DNA from: a bacterium
GTDB taxonomy: Bacteria > UBA10199 > 2-02-FULL-44-16 > JAAZCA01
Reading direction: 5' to 3'
DNA length: 64,000 bases
Assembly: GCA_963674695.2 (NCBI GenBank)
Contig: CAXXGI010000001.1
Coordinates: 800,001 to 864,000, forward strand
Every line of letters begins with the position of its first letter. Within the stretch, counting starts at the first letter, position 1. The notes under the pieces were generated by a model. The model saw nothing but the letters and a program-made list of their open reading frames with translations. It was not told the origin of the DNA and searched no databases. Positions 1 to 9,922 of this stretch are shown here, piece after piece. Position numbers and translations under genes: made by a program.

Positions 1-1680
1 CCCCAGCTCGACCTCATCGAAGGTGGCGATACGCTCTTTTGCCGGCAACTCCGGCATCTTCTGGCGGGGCTGATCCTCCTGCTCCACGCGCTCCTTGATC
101 GCTGCCGGAACGTCGCGCCCCTCTTTTCCGATGAGGTGCCGATATCCCTGTCCCTCGCCAGTGATCTTTTTATTCGAAAAGAACTGGTCAATCGATGTAG
201 CCGCCTTGCGACCCGCGGCGATCGCGGTGACCGCGATGTCCGCACCCGTGGCGCAGTCACCACCCGCGAAGACACCAGCCTTGCTCGTTTCGAAAGTTTC
301 GGGATTCACATCGAGCGTATTCCACTTCGTGAGCGCGATGTCGTTCACCTCGGCATCAATGCCGCTTGGCTCGACGCCCTGACCGATGGCAGAGATAACA
401 GCCGTTGCATTCACCGTAAATTCAGAACCCTCCATCGGTACCGGACGACGACGACCGGAGGCATCCGGCTCGCCCAATTCCATCTGGATGCACTCAAGCG
501 CAACGCCCACCTTCGTCTTGGCCATCTTCACGGGTGCGGCGAGAAAGTGCATCTTCACACCCTCTTCGATCGCCGCTTCGATCTCCATCGCATCGGCGGG
601 CATCTCTTCGCGCGTGCGGCGATAGAGGATCGTGACGTTTGTCGCGCCGAGGCGAAGGGATGTGCGCGCCGCATCGATGGCCGTATTTCCGCCGCCGACC
701 ACGACCACGTCGTTGCCCACATCCACTTTTATGCCGCGGGCAACTTCATCCAGGAAGTGAATCCCCGGAAGCGCGCCGCCATCGTTTTCGCCTTCGACGC
801 GCATGCTCGAAGGCTTCTGCGCCCCGATGGCGAGAAAGACCGCATCGTACTCCTTCGCGAGCGACTCCATCGTGAAGTCGCGGCCGAGGCGTTTATCACA
901 TACGATCGACGTCCCCATCTGCTGGATGATGTCGATCTCTTTGGCCAAGATGTCGCGCGGCAGACGATAGGCGGGGATCCCCCAGCGCAGCATGCCGCCG
1001 GGCTCGGTGTTGGAATCAAACACGTCGACGGCGTGTCCCTTTTGGCGCAGGTAGAAGGCACAGGAGAGTCCGGCCGGGCCCGCGCCGACGACCACCACGC
1101 GTTTTCCCGTGTCGGCACCGGCCTGCGGCACATACGGATCGGGGCGACCGAGATCACCGTCGGCGATGTAGCGCTTGAGAAAACAGATGGAGACGGCGTC
1201 ATCCGCACAGGTACGACGGCACTCGCGCTCGCAGGGGCGCGGACAGACGCGACCGAGCGATGCCGGAAACGGGAGTGTCTCCTTGATGAGCCGAAGCGCA
1301 TCGGCGGTATTTTTCTGCGCGAGCAACGAGATGAACCCGGGGATATCGATCCCGGCGGGACAGGTCACCTGGCAGGGACCACGGCAATCGCCGACGTGAT
1401 CGGAGAGCAGAAGCTCCACGCAGACCTTGCGCGAGACGCGCACGCGCTCGGAGTTTGTCTGAATCGTCATCCCCTCGGCGATCAGGGTCGCGCATGATGG
1501 AACCAAGCGATTCATCCCCTCCACCTCGACCACGCAGATGAAGCAAGAGCCGTAGGGCTTGAGCTCGTCGTGAAAACAGAGCGTCGGGATCTCGATGCCC
1601 GCGCGCTTGGCGACGTCGAGAATCGTTTCGCCGGGATTGGCATCCAGCACACTGCCATCGATGGTTACGTGAAAGGACAT
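1..1680 (-). CDS. 2Fe-2S + GltD/SfrB-like FAD/NAD(P)-dependent oxidoreductase (NfnA/HydA-position subunit), 3' end outside window
   Basis: Manual translation from ATG at 1680: MSFHVTIDG..IPTLC..CFICVVEV..PSC (2Fe-2S), GPCQVTCP, GRVCPRPCERECRR, VVGAGPAG, GGGNTAID, VFAGGD. Open to the left edge. Confidence 0.9.
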   Translation of the reverse strand, partial: MSFHVTIDGSVLDANPGETILDVAKRAGIEIPTLCFHDELKPYGSCFICVVEVEGMNRLVPSCATLIAEGMTIQTNSERVRVSRKVCVELLLSDHVGDCRGPCQVTCPAGIDIPGFISLLAQKNTADALRLIKETLPFPASLGRVCPRPCERECRRTCADDAVSICFLKRYIADGDLGRPDPYVPQAGADTGKRVVVVGAGPAGLSCAFYLRQKGHAVDVFDSNTEPGGMLRWGIPAYRLPRDILAKEIDIIQQMGTSIVCDKRLGRDFTMESLAKEYDAVFLAIGAQKPSSMRVEGENDGGALPGIHFLDEVARGIKVDVGNDVVVVGGGNTAIDAARTSLRLGATNVTILYRRTREEMPADAMEIEAAIEEGVKMHFLAAPVKMAKTKVGVALECIQMELGEPDASGRRRPVPMEGSEFTVNATAVISAIGQGVEPSGIDAEVNDIALTKWNTLDVNPETFETSKAGVFAGGDCATGADIAVTAIAAGRKAATSIDQFFSNKKITGEGQGYRHLIGKEGRDVPAAIKERVEQEDQPRQKMPELPAKERIATFDEVELG

Positions 1681-1701
1681 GGGTGCTTCTCCTCATGAAA
1701 C

Positions 1702-1830
1702 GCTAGACAAGCCAGTCAAGCCAGTCAGGCGAGAAAGGTTGACGGCATAGATTAACATCGATTGTGCCAGACTAGCCTGTCTAGCCTGACTGGCCTGTCT
1801 AGCCTGACTGGCCTTTCTCGCTTGTCTCGC
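1702..1830. repeat. Inverted 9-mer tandem-repeat junction element (GCCAGTCAA.. / CTAGCCTGA..)
   Basis: Left arm gctagacaa-gccagtcaa-gccagtcag, short core, right arm ctagcctgt/ctagcctga/ctggcctgt. 1720-1747 matches the reverse complement of 9857-9884 at 27/28. Confidence 0.85.
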
Positions 1831-1831
1831 G

Positions 1832-4141
1832 TCATTTTACGTTTACCGCATCCACCGGGCAGGCCTGCATGCATGCCCCGCAGCGCGTGCACTTATCCTG
1901 ATCGATGAGGTGGATTTTTTTCTTCTCGCCCGTAATCGCACCGACGGGACAGGCCTTGATGCAGGCACCGCAACCGATGCAGGTATCGGCGATCGTATAC
2001 GTGATGAGCGCGCGGCATTTTCCCGCAGGACATTTGCCCTCGTTGATGTGCGCCTCATACTCCTCGCGGAAATAGCGAATGGTGGTGAGCACCGGATTGG
2101 GCGCGGTCTGCCCCAGGGCGCAGAGGCTCGCATCCTTGATACGCTCCGCCAGTTCCTCGAGCAGCTCCACATCCCCGGGCCGCCCCTCCCCCTCGGTGAT
2201 ACGCGTGAGGACCTCGAGCATCCGGCGCGTGCCGATCCGGCAGAAGGTGCACTTGCCGCAGCTCTCGTTCTGTGTGAAATCGAGGAAGAATTTGGCGATA
2301 TCCACCATGCAGGAGCGGGTGTCCATGACGACCATGCCGCCCGAACCCATGATGGCGCCGGTCGCATTCACCGCATCGTAATCGACCACCGTGTCCATGA
2401 GGGATGCCGGGATGCAGCCGCCGGAAGGACCGCCCAGCTGTACCGCCTTGACCGGAAGTCCTGAAGCCGTCCCGCCGCCGATCTCCTCGATCACCTCGCG
2501 CAGCTGCACCCCCATGGGCACTTCGACCAAGCCGCCGCGCTTGATGTCGCCGGCGAGCGCAAAGACCTTGGTCCCCTTGCTCTTGTCCGTCCCCATCGCC
2601 GAATAGGCCGCCGCCCCATTGGTGATGATCCACGGGACATTGGCGAAGGTCTCAACGTTGTTGATATTCGTGGGCTTGCCCCACAGCCCGGAGTTGGCTG
2701 GAAACGGCGGGCGAATGCGCGGCATCCCGCGATTGCCCTCGATGGAAGCGATGAGTGCGGTCTCTTCCCCACAGACGAACGCACCCGCACCCTCCTTGAC
2801 GAGCACCTCAAAGGCAAATCCGGAACCGCAGACGTTCGAACCCAGATACCCCTTCTGCGCCGCCTGCTCGATGGCGATATTGAGGCGCTTGACCGCCAGC
2901 GGATATTCCGCGCGACAATAGATATAGCCCTTGCTCGCCCCAATGGCGAAGGCGGCGATCACCATCCCTTCGAGCACGCGATGCGGATCGCTCTCCAGGA
3001 CCGAGCGATCCATGAAGGCACCTGGATCGCCCTCATCAGCGTTGCAGATGAGATATTTTTCATCGCCCGCGGCCTTGCGCGCGAAGCCCCACTTCAGCCC
3101 CGTGGAAAATCCCGCGCCGCCGCGACCGCGCAGGCCCGCAATTTTTACCTCGTCGATGATCGCCTCGGGCGTCATGGAGGAAACCGCTTTTGTAAGCGCC
3201 GTATACCCGCCGACCGCTTCATAGTCGGCGATCGATTCCGGGTCGATGCGCCCACAGTTTTCCAAGACGATGTGACGCTGCTTGGCGAAAAAGGCATGCT
3301 CATCGCTCTCTTCGCTGGTCTCATCGATCACATTCTTCTCGACCACATGGCCCTTGCCGATGTGTTCGATGAGAATCTTCTTGGCCACCGAGGCGAGAGC
3401 ACCGCCGTAGGTCGTGCTCGTCCCGTCGCGCGCCGTCAGGATGACGAGCGGCTCACGATGACACATGCCGCAACAGCCGGTCTCGCGAAGTTCATAGGAG
3501 AGGTTGAAGCGCGCCTTGGCCGCCTTGAAAAATTCGAATGTCTCGCGCGCGCCACCGGCGATGCCGCAGCTGCCCAGACCCACCGTCACCGTCGTGATCG
3601 TTCCCTCGCCCAGATCCTTCGGATCGAACACGACGCCCTCGACGGGATCGGCATCGGCAGCACCGCCACCGGCATCCTTCTCGCGATAGAGAGAGACGAT
3701 CTTCGGCGCCTTCGTGCGCGAGAGGTTTCCGTGGACGTCCTCATCGACCATCGCCACGGGGGCGAGCGAACAGCACCCGAGGCAGGCGACCGACTCGACG
3801 GTGAAGGCGCGATCCTCGCTCGTTCCGCCGGACGCCGGAAGATCGAGCGCCTCACCGAACGCCTCGGAGATGCCCTGGGCGCTGGCGACGTGGCAGGCCG
3901 TTCCATGGCAGACCTTGATGATGTGGCGCCCCACCGGATGCAACCGAAACTGCGTATAGAAGGTGGCTACCCCATAGATCGTGGCAGCGGGCATGCCCGT
4001 TTTCTCCGCGATATATTCGAGGGCTGAGCGGGGCAAGTACCGCAGTTGCCGCTGAACCTCCTGCAGAAGCGGAATGGTGGAGGCGGGTTTGGAGCCGCAC
4101 TTCGAGATGGCGGCATCGACGACACTGCGATCGAATTCCAT
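1832..4141 (-). CDS. Fused NuoE/HydC + NuoF/HydB NADH-binding flavoprotein with C-terminal 2x[4Fe-4S]
   Basis: VCHGTAC..ACLGCCSLAP (NuoE), thioredoxin-like 2Fe-2S, GLRGRGGAGF, NADEGDPGAFM, ESCGKCTFCRIG, two CxxCxxCxxxC motifs. Start moved to ATG 4141. Confidence 0.93.
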   Translation of the reverse strand: MEFDRSVVDAAISKCGSKPASTIPLLQEVQRQLRYLPRSALEYIAEKTGMPAATIYGVATFYTQFRLHPVGRHIIKVCHGTACHVASAQGISEAFGEALDLPASGGTSEDRAFTVESVACLGCCSLAPVAMVDEDVHGNLSRTKAPKIVSLYREKDAGGGAADADPVEGVVFDPKDLGEGTITTVTVGLGSCGIAGGARETFEFFKAAKARFNLSYELRETGCCGMCHREPLVILTARDGTSTTYGGALASVAKKILIEHIGKGHVVEKNVIDETSEESDEHAFFAKQRHIVLENCGRIDPESIADYEAVGGYTALTKAVSSMTPEAIIDEVKIAGLRGRGGAGFSTGLKWGFARKAAGDEKYLICNADEGDPGAFMDRSVLESDPHRVLEGMVIAAFAIGASKGYIYCRAEYPLAVKRLNIAIEQAAQKGYLGSNVCGSGFAFEVLVKEGAGAFVCGEETALIASIEGNRGMPRIRPPFPANSGLWGKPTNINNVETFANVPWIITNGAAAYSAMGTDKSKGTKVFALAGDIKRGGLVEVPMGVQLREVIEEIGGGTASGLPVKAVQLGGPSGGCIPASLMDTVVDYDAVNATGAIMGSGGMVVMDTRSCMVDIAKFFLDFTQNESCGKCTFCRIGTRRMLEVLTRITEGEGRPGDVELLEELAERIKDASLCALGQTAPNPVLTTIRYFREEYEAHINEGKCPAGKCRALITYTIADTCIGCGACIKACPVGAITGEKKKIHLIDQDKCTRCGACMQACPVDAVNVK

Positions 4142-4272
4142 CGGAAAATCCTCGCGTTGGGGAGGGAAAAACAGGGCCGTTGCATAACGCGCACCCTCCC
4201 CATTGTCAATTGCAGCACCGCGAATGATCCGGCTGCCTGCCACGCCCTCCTTCCCTTCGTCGCAGAAGTGAA

Positions 4273-4416
4273 ACATCATCCGCCAGTGTGTTTTGCGGGG
4301 ACCGCCGTCTCGGCTTACACGCCGCCTCGACGGCTTTTTCTTCTTTCATCGCAGCATTATAGGCTTCGATCGCGATGAAAGAAGAGATCCCCTACAAACA
4401 CACTGACGGACGATGT
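4273..4416. repeat. ~145 bp palindromic MITE/REP-like element, copy 1
   Basis: Imperfect terminal inverted repeats acatcatccgccagtgtgttt / aaacacactgacggacgatgt and two internal hairpins. Near-identical inverted copy at 40414-40561. Confidence 0.85.
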
Positions 4417-4624
4417 CTTCAAGAGATCTTAGGCTCCTCCGAGAAGGAGGCCGTGGCAGGCTTAGAGGACAGTTCGTGTGTAACAATCAAGGATGGATCC
4501 CCGATTCAAACACTCGGGGATGACAACATAAACAGAAGACCATGATCCAACCGGTCGCATTGCTGCTGTGCTTGACCGCCCCTCCCAAATCCACCACACT
4601 GCGCGGCGAGGAGAATGGGAACCG

Positions 4625-5878
4625 ATGGAAATTCGAGATATTCAGGATCTGCCGCTCTATGCTCGCCCGCAAGCGCTGCGTCCCTTTCAGCATCGAAATT
4701 TTCGCCTCTTCTTCTCCGGACAGTCGATCTCGCTCATCGGCACCTGGTCGCAGAGTCTGGCGATCTCGTGGCTGGTCTGGCGCCTGACCGGTTCCGCGCT
4801 CTGGCTGGGACTCATCGGCTTTACGATGCAGTTTCCGATGTTGATCCTCGGCCTCATCGGCGGCGTGGCCGCCGATCGCTTCGACCGAAGGCGCTTTCTC
4901 ACCCTGCTGCAAATTCTGTGCATGCTGGAGGCGATCATCCTGGCCGTGCTCACGCTCACGGGTCTCATCGCGCTTTGGCAACTGGTGGTGCTGAGCATCT
5001 TCCTCGGCGTGGTCTATGCCTTTGAATTCCCGGTGCGCCAGGCCTTCGTCATGGACATGGTGGGCAAGCGCGACCTGCTCGCGGCCGTTTCGCTCTCGGC
5101 AGCAATGCTGCATGGCACGCGCATCCTCGGGCCGATGATCGCGGGGCTCGTCGTCGCCTGGAAGGGCGAGGGAATCTGCTTTCTCTTCAACGCCTTCACC
5201 TTTCTCTTTCTCATCACGGCACTGGCCCTGATCGATCGCAAGCAACTCGTCCGCGTACACAGCGAACGACAACCGCTTTGGGAATCCATCCGCGAAGGAC
5301 TTCACTTCGTGTGGAATGAACCCCGCGCGCGCAATGCCATCATCCTGGTGGTCATGGTGACGATCGTCGGCTTTCCGTTCGTCTACCTCATGCCGATCTT
5401 TGCCGACGAGGTCTTCGGGGGGGGCGCCGCCTACATGGGGTGGCTCATGGGGGCGAGTGCTGCCGGTGCGCTCATCGGCGCAGGGGTGCTGGCCCAGCGC
5501 ACCTCGTCGTCGAGGCTGCTCACGCTGGCCTCGGGCGGGGCGGTCCTGTTCGGACTCGCGCTCGTCGCCTTCAGCCGTTCGGATACGCTCTCGGTCGCAC
5601 TGCCGACGATTGCGATCGTCGGGTTCTTCCTCACCATCGTCTTCTCCAGCGTCAACACGCTCCTGCAGCATACGGCCCCCGATCACCTTCGGGGTCGCAT
5701 GATGAGTATCTTCACAACGGCCTTCATGGGATTGGCCCCGATCGGGAGCCTCCTGGGGGGGCTGTCCGCCCGCAGCTTTGGGGCCCAGACAACGGTGACC
5801 GGCTGCGGCCTCATCTGCCTCTGTGGAGGGATCCTCTTCTGGATTCGCGCCCGTCTGATCGACCGCCGCGAGGCATAA
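4625..5878 (+). CDS. MFS transporter (MFS_3/DUF894-like)
   Basis: RNFRLFFSGQSISLIGTW, GGVAADRFDRRR, APDHLRGRMMS; about 12 hydrophobic segments. Confidence 0.92.
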   Translation: MEIRDIQDLPLYARPQALRPFQHRNFRLFFSGQSISLIGTWSQSLAISWLVWRLTGSALWLGLIGFTMQFPMLILGLIGGVAADRFDRRRFLTLLQILCMLEAIILAVLTLTGLIALWQLVVLSIFLGVVYAFEFPVRQAFVMDMVGKRDLLAAVSLSAAMLHGTRILGPMIAGLVVAWKGEGICFLFNAFTFLFLITALALIDRKQLVRVHSERQPLWESIREGLHFVWNEPRARNAIILVVMVTIVGFPFVYLMPIFADEVFGGGAAYMGWLMGASAAGALIGAGVLAQRTSSSRLLTLASGGAVLFGLALVAFSRSDTLSVALPTIAIVGFFLTIVFSSVNTLLQHTAPDHLRGRMMSIFTTAFMGLAPIGSLLGGLSARSFGAQTTVTGCGLICLCGGILFWIRARLIDRREA

Positions 5879-5908
5879 AAAAACCGAGCCCAAATGGCCC
5901 GGTTTTTC
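5877..5908. terminator. Intrinsic terminator (possibly bidirectional)
   Basis: aaaaaaaccgagcc-caaat-ggcccggttttt directly after the MFS stop. Confidence 0.65.
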
Positions 5909-6190
5909 TCTCTGCGTCACTATATATATTATCGGCAGGAGAGACCCGAAAGTTGCGTGGAGATTTCGGTTTTGACCGAAAAACGACAATCACGCATAAA
6001 ACCAGGATTTGCCGTTCAAATAGCGCCCATTTCCCCTCAAAATCGTTCAAAATCCTCCCCCGTTTTGACCCTCAAAATAGCGCCAACAGGGCGATGCCCG
6101 AGAAAACGGTTTGAGTTGTTCTTGTGGCACCCCCCCCCATCGGCTTCAATGCAAACGGAGCGTCAAAAAACGGCACACATTTCAGTCAGT

Positions 6191-6314
6191 TGTCAACATT
6201 TTGACAAAATAGGAACGACACCTCGCCCAAAAACACGCGTCGGATAAATGACATCTAGATAAATCAATATGTTATGGCGCTGAAAAATCTCCCCCCATTG
6301 GCACAAACATTGCT
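6191..6314 (+). promoter_or_regulatory. Sigma54 promoter with IHF-like site and palindromic activator site
   Basis: TGGCAC-AAACA-TTGCT at 6299-6314; AATCAATATGTTA at 6262-6274; TGTCAACATTTTGACA at 6191-6206. Confidence 0.8.
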
Positions 6315-6370
6315 TTATTCATTGAGTTGTAACGAACAGAAACTGCGTCGCCCATTGGGGAGGGCCGATC

Positions 6371-6940
6371 ATGAAGAGACGCCGGGAAAACGCATCGTTT
6401 ATCGAGCAGCTCAAACGGACGGTCCGGTCGCTGCGCGACATGAAGCCAGGCGAGGTGCATGTCCTGTCCATCAACGCCAACTACGGGCACTACCAGATCG
6501 TGATCGGGGCCAAGGGGGTGAGCGATGCGCAGGACAGCTCGGAGATGCGCCCTATCGAGATCAACGGTGAGATCCATCACCTCTTCGTCTCGCCGCGCGC
6601 GATCCGAGCGATGCCGTCGCGACAACAGGTGATGGAGAACCTCAAGAACACGGTCATCATGAATGGACTCACCGTCCATCTACGCGACCCCCTGGGGGAC
6701 GGCCATCACTTGAGCGATGAGAATGGCAGCAACGGTCTGCATGCGCGCGAATACATCAACCTGGCTGGAACGAAGGGGGACGAGCTGATCGAACGGGCCG
6801 AGCACTCCGGATCGCTGTCCATGGCGGCCTATCGACTCATTCAGGAAGACATCCTGCACGCCATCCGTGAGCGGAAGCGGAAGAAAACGCTGTCGGCGGA
6901 GAAGGGAAAGATGAAACAAAAAGCCGTGGCCCGCTCCTGA
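6371..6940 (+). CDS. Hypothetical protein (189 aa)
   Basis: RBS ggggagggcc, GC-rich third positions, upstream sigma54 promoter; no recognisable motif. Confidence 0.75.
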   Translation: MKRRRENASFIEQLKRTVRSLRDMKPGEVHVLSINANYGHYQIVIGAKGVSDAQDSSEMRPIEINGEIHHLFVSPRAIRAMPSRQQVMENLKNTVIMNGLTVHLRDPLGDGHHLSDENGSNGLHAREYINLAGTKGDELIERAEHSGSLSMAAYRLIQEDILHAIRERKRKKTLSAEKGKMKQKAVARS

Positions 6941-6945
6941 CCATT

Positions 6946-7914
6946 CTAATGAAGGAATTGGGAGGGGTCGTATGCCAACGTCGGACGCACCGTCTTGCCG
7001 CCGTCCCAGAGGCGAATGGCGGGCGAGCGAAAGACGCTGCGCGCGGCGAGTTCGATGAGCTGCACGATGATCGGGGTGACCTTCCTCGTAAGCTTTCCCC
7101 TCACGACAAACAGCTGTTGCCCGATGGACATCTGGGAAAAATCCGGGGAGGGCTCGATCCACAGTCGAGACGGCATGAACTGCGGTCGTTTCCAACACTC
7201 CTGCTGCTGGCTCAGGATCTCATCCCCTGGATTCAAACGTTCGCACTCCGCAGTGATCGCCGAGACGTCCTGCTGCAAAAATATCCCGGATCGCGTCGAT
7301 GCGGAAAACTCCTTCCAAAACGGATGGTCGTCCGCAAGGGAGCGCCCGGCCAATTGAAATAAGTCCAGACCTCCAGCGATGCCGATGGTCATGATCCCCG
7401 ACATCGGTTTGTCCCAACTGTTCCCAGCAGAACCGTAGAATTTCTGATAGATCGCACACAACCCCGAAGACATCCAATTCACGAATACGCTGAGAAGCCT
7501 CTTGTTGTTTTCGCTGGCCTCCGAAAGCATCAACAGGTCGACGGCGGGCGGGATGGTGTAAAATCGTGACATCGGTACGAGAGAATTGCCGACCTTCCAC
7601 TTCGGGTCGCTCTCCTTTTCATAACCAAAGGTCAGCACGTCATCGTCCGCTTCCCCTAACGCGACGCCCGTCGGATCTCGGCCGATCCATCCTTCTTTGG
7701 CGGCACTTTTCGTATAGCGGACAAAGGCGTCATAGGACCGAGTGTGTTCGACGATCGGCAGCGCGCGAATATCCGCCTCCCCCAACGGACCCGTCTGGTC
7801 GACATCGACAAGCCCCGGCACGACGGGGGTTCCCTCCGTGTTGATCGCAAAACCGGTGAGCGCCGCGTTGTAATAGGCGGGGGTGGGAAGGAATGCGGGA
7901 AAAGAACCACTCAT
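6946..7914 (-). CDS. Hypothetical protein (~322 aa)
   Basis: Long ORF downstream of aspS with aaggatgag RBS before ATG 7914; no family recognised. Confidence 0.65.
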   Translation of the reverse strand: MSGSFPAFLPTPAYYNAALTGFAINTEGTPVVPGLVDVDQTGPLGEADIRALPIVEHTRSYDAFVRYTKSAAKEGWIGRDPTGVALGEADDDVLTFGYEKESDPKWKVGNSLVPMSRFYTIPPAVDLLMLSEASENNKRLLSVFVNWMSSGLCAIYQKFYGSAGNSWDKPMSGIMTIGIAGGLDLFQLAGRSLADDHPFWKEFSASTRSGIFLQQDVSAITAECERLNPGDEILSQQQECWKRPQFMPSRLWIEPSPDFSQMSIGQQLFVVRGKLTRKVTPIIVQLIELAARSVFRSPAIRLWDGGKTVRPTLAYDPSQFLH

Positions 7915-8040
7915 CTTCTCATCCTTTCCAAGGGCACCGAGAAAACAGACACGCCCCTTGCTCGTTCGTATACAGAGAACGGAACCGAACAGGCAAGTGT
8001 CATGTAGGAATAACACATGCGGGAGAGGAGAGAGAACCAA

Positions 8041-9801
8041 TTACCGCTTCAACGCAATTCCCAATTCATCGAGTTGAGCTGTCGCCACTTCCGATGGGGC
8101 CTCGGCCATGAGGTCAGAGGCACGGGCGGTTTTGGGGAAGGCGATGACATCGCGGATGTTCTCGGTGCCGGCGAGCAGCATCACGAGGCGATCGAGCCCG
8201 AGCGCGATGCCCCCGTGCGGCGGCGCGCCATAAGAGAGCGCGTCGAGCAGAAACCCGAATTTCGCGCGTGCCTCCTCCTCCCCGATGCCGAGCTTTTCGA
8301 AGATCTTGGACTGCACCTGGGAGTCGTGGATACGGATGGAGCCGCCGCCCATTTCATTGCCATTCATGATGATATCGTAGGCGAGCGAGCGCGCCTTGCC
8401 CGGATCGGTCTCCAGGAGTGCGACGTCCTCCGGATGCGGTGCGGTGAAGGGGTGATGCACCGCCATATGCCGATGCTCTTCCTCGCTGAATTCGAGGAGC
8501 GGAAAATCGGTGACCCAGAAGAGGTCGAGTTTCGATTCGTCGACGAGACCGAGTTTTTTCCCGAACGCGACGCGGATGGTGCCGAGCGCATCGCCCACCA
8601 CGCTCGGTTTGTCGCCGATGATGAGGACGATGTCGTTCTCTTTGGCCTTCGCATTGGCAACGATTGCCGCGCGTTCATCATCGGAGAGAAACTTGGCGAT
8701 CGAACCACTCCACGCCTCACCTCCAACGCGCACCCAGGCCAGGCCCTTGGCGCCGAAGGTCTTGGCCTTCTCCTCGAGCTCACTGATCCCCTTGCGCGAG
8801 AGTTCGGCCGCGCCGACGTTGAGCCCCTTGACGATTCCGCCCGCCTCCACGACGGAGGCGAACGCCTTGAACCCAGACCCGCGAAACACCTCGGTCAGAT
8901 CGGTAAGCTCCCACGGGATGCGCCGATCGGGACGGTCGCTGCCGTAGCGCGCCATCGCCTCAGCGTAGGTGATGCGCTCGAGCGGCAATTGCAGATCGAT
9001 CCCCTTGATCTCTTTGAGAATCGCGGCGAAGAGGCCATCCATGATCGCAAGCAGACCGTCGCGATCGACGAACGAGAGTTCCATATCCACCTGCGTGAAC
9101 TCCGGCTGGCGATCGGCGCGCAGATCCTCGTCGCGAAAGCACTTCACGATCTGGAAATAGCGATCGCACCCGGCGACCATCAGGAGCTGTTTGAAGATCT
9201 GCGGACTCTGCGGCAGGGCATAGAAATTTCCCGGATGAATGCGCGACGGCACGAGATAGTCGCGCGCGCCCTCGGGTGTGCTCTTGGTGAGCATCGGGGT
9301 TTCGACCTCGAGAAAGCCCGCATCGGAGAGATAATTCCGGACGACCTGCGCCGTCTTGTGCCGAAGCTGGAGGATGCGCTGCAGATAGGGGCGGCGCAGA
9401 TCGAGATAGCGGTATTTGAGACGCACATCCTCGGAGGCATCGGTCTCCTCCTCGACGAGAAAAGGAGGGGTCGCCGCTTCGTTTAAAACCTCGATGCGAT
9501 CGACGGCCACCTCGATCGCCCCCGTGGGCATGTCGGGATTTTCCTGACCCGCAGGACGGGCGGACACTTTCCCCTCGATTTCGAGGACGTATTCATAGCG
9601 CACGTGCTCGGCCGCGCGCAGCACCTCGGGCGATACCTCGTTCGGATTGATGACGACCTGGGTCACGCCGAAGCGATCGCGTAACCCCAGGAAGATGAGC
9701 CCGCCCAGATCGCGACGCGAACCGACCCAGCCCTGGAGGACGACTTTTTTTCCAACGTCGGCGCGGTCGAGCTCACCGCAGGTGTGTGTACGCTGTTTCA
9801 T
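8041..9801 (-). CDS. aspS: Aspartate--tRNA ligase (probably non-discriminating)
   Basis: RTHTCGEL, LPQSPQIFKQLLM, FRDEDLRADRQPEFTQ, PPHGGIALGLDR. Confidence 0.98.
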   Translation of the reverse strand: MKQRTHTCGELDRADVGKKVVLQGWVGSRRDLGGLIFLGLRDRFGVTQVVINPNEVSPEVLRAAEHVRYEYVLEIEGKVSARPAGQENPDMPTGAIEVAVDRIEVLNEAATPPFLVEEETDASEDVRLKYRYLDLRRPYLQRILQLRHKTAQVVRNYLSDAGFLEVETPMLTKSTPEGARDYLVPSRIHPGNFYALPQSPQIFKQLLMVAGCDRYFQIVKCFRDEDLRADRQPEFTQVDMELSFVDRDGLLAIMDGLFAAILKEIKGIDLQLPLERITYAEAMARYGSDRPDRRIPWELTDLTEVFRGSGFKAFASVVEAGGIVKGLNVGAAELSRKGISELEEKAKTFGAKGLAWVRVGGEAWSGSIAKFLSDDERAAIVANAKAKENDIVLIIGDKPSVVGDALGTIRVAFGKKLGLVDESKLDLFWVTDFPLLEFSEEEHRHMAVHHPFTAPHPEDVALLETDPGKARSLAYDIIMNGNEMGGGSIRIHDSQVQSKIFEKLGIGEEEARAKFGFLLDALSYGAPPHGGIALGLDRLVMLLAGTENIRDVIAFPKTARASDLMAEAPSEVATAQLDELGIALKR

Positions 9802-9814
9802 GAAGACCTCTTTT

Positions 9815-9911
9815 GCCAGTCAAGCCAGTCAAGCAAAGGCGACTGTACTTCGATTCTGCCGTCAACTTTTCTCGCCTGACTGGCCTGACTAGCCTGACTA
9901 GCCTGACTGGC
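9815..9911. repeat. Inverted 9-mer tandem-repeat junction element (hisS-aspS)
   Basis: gccagtcaa x2, core, then ctcgcctga/ctggcctga/ctagcctga x2. Same family as 1702-1830, opposite orientation. Confidence 0.85.
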
Positions 9912-9922
9912 GGGTGTGGCCG

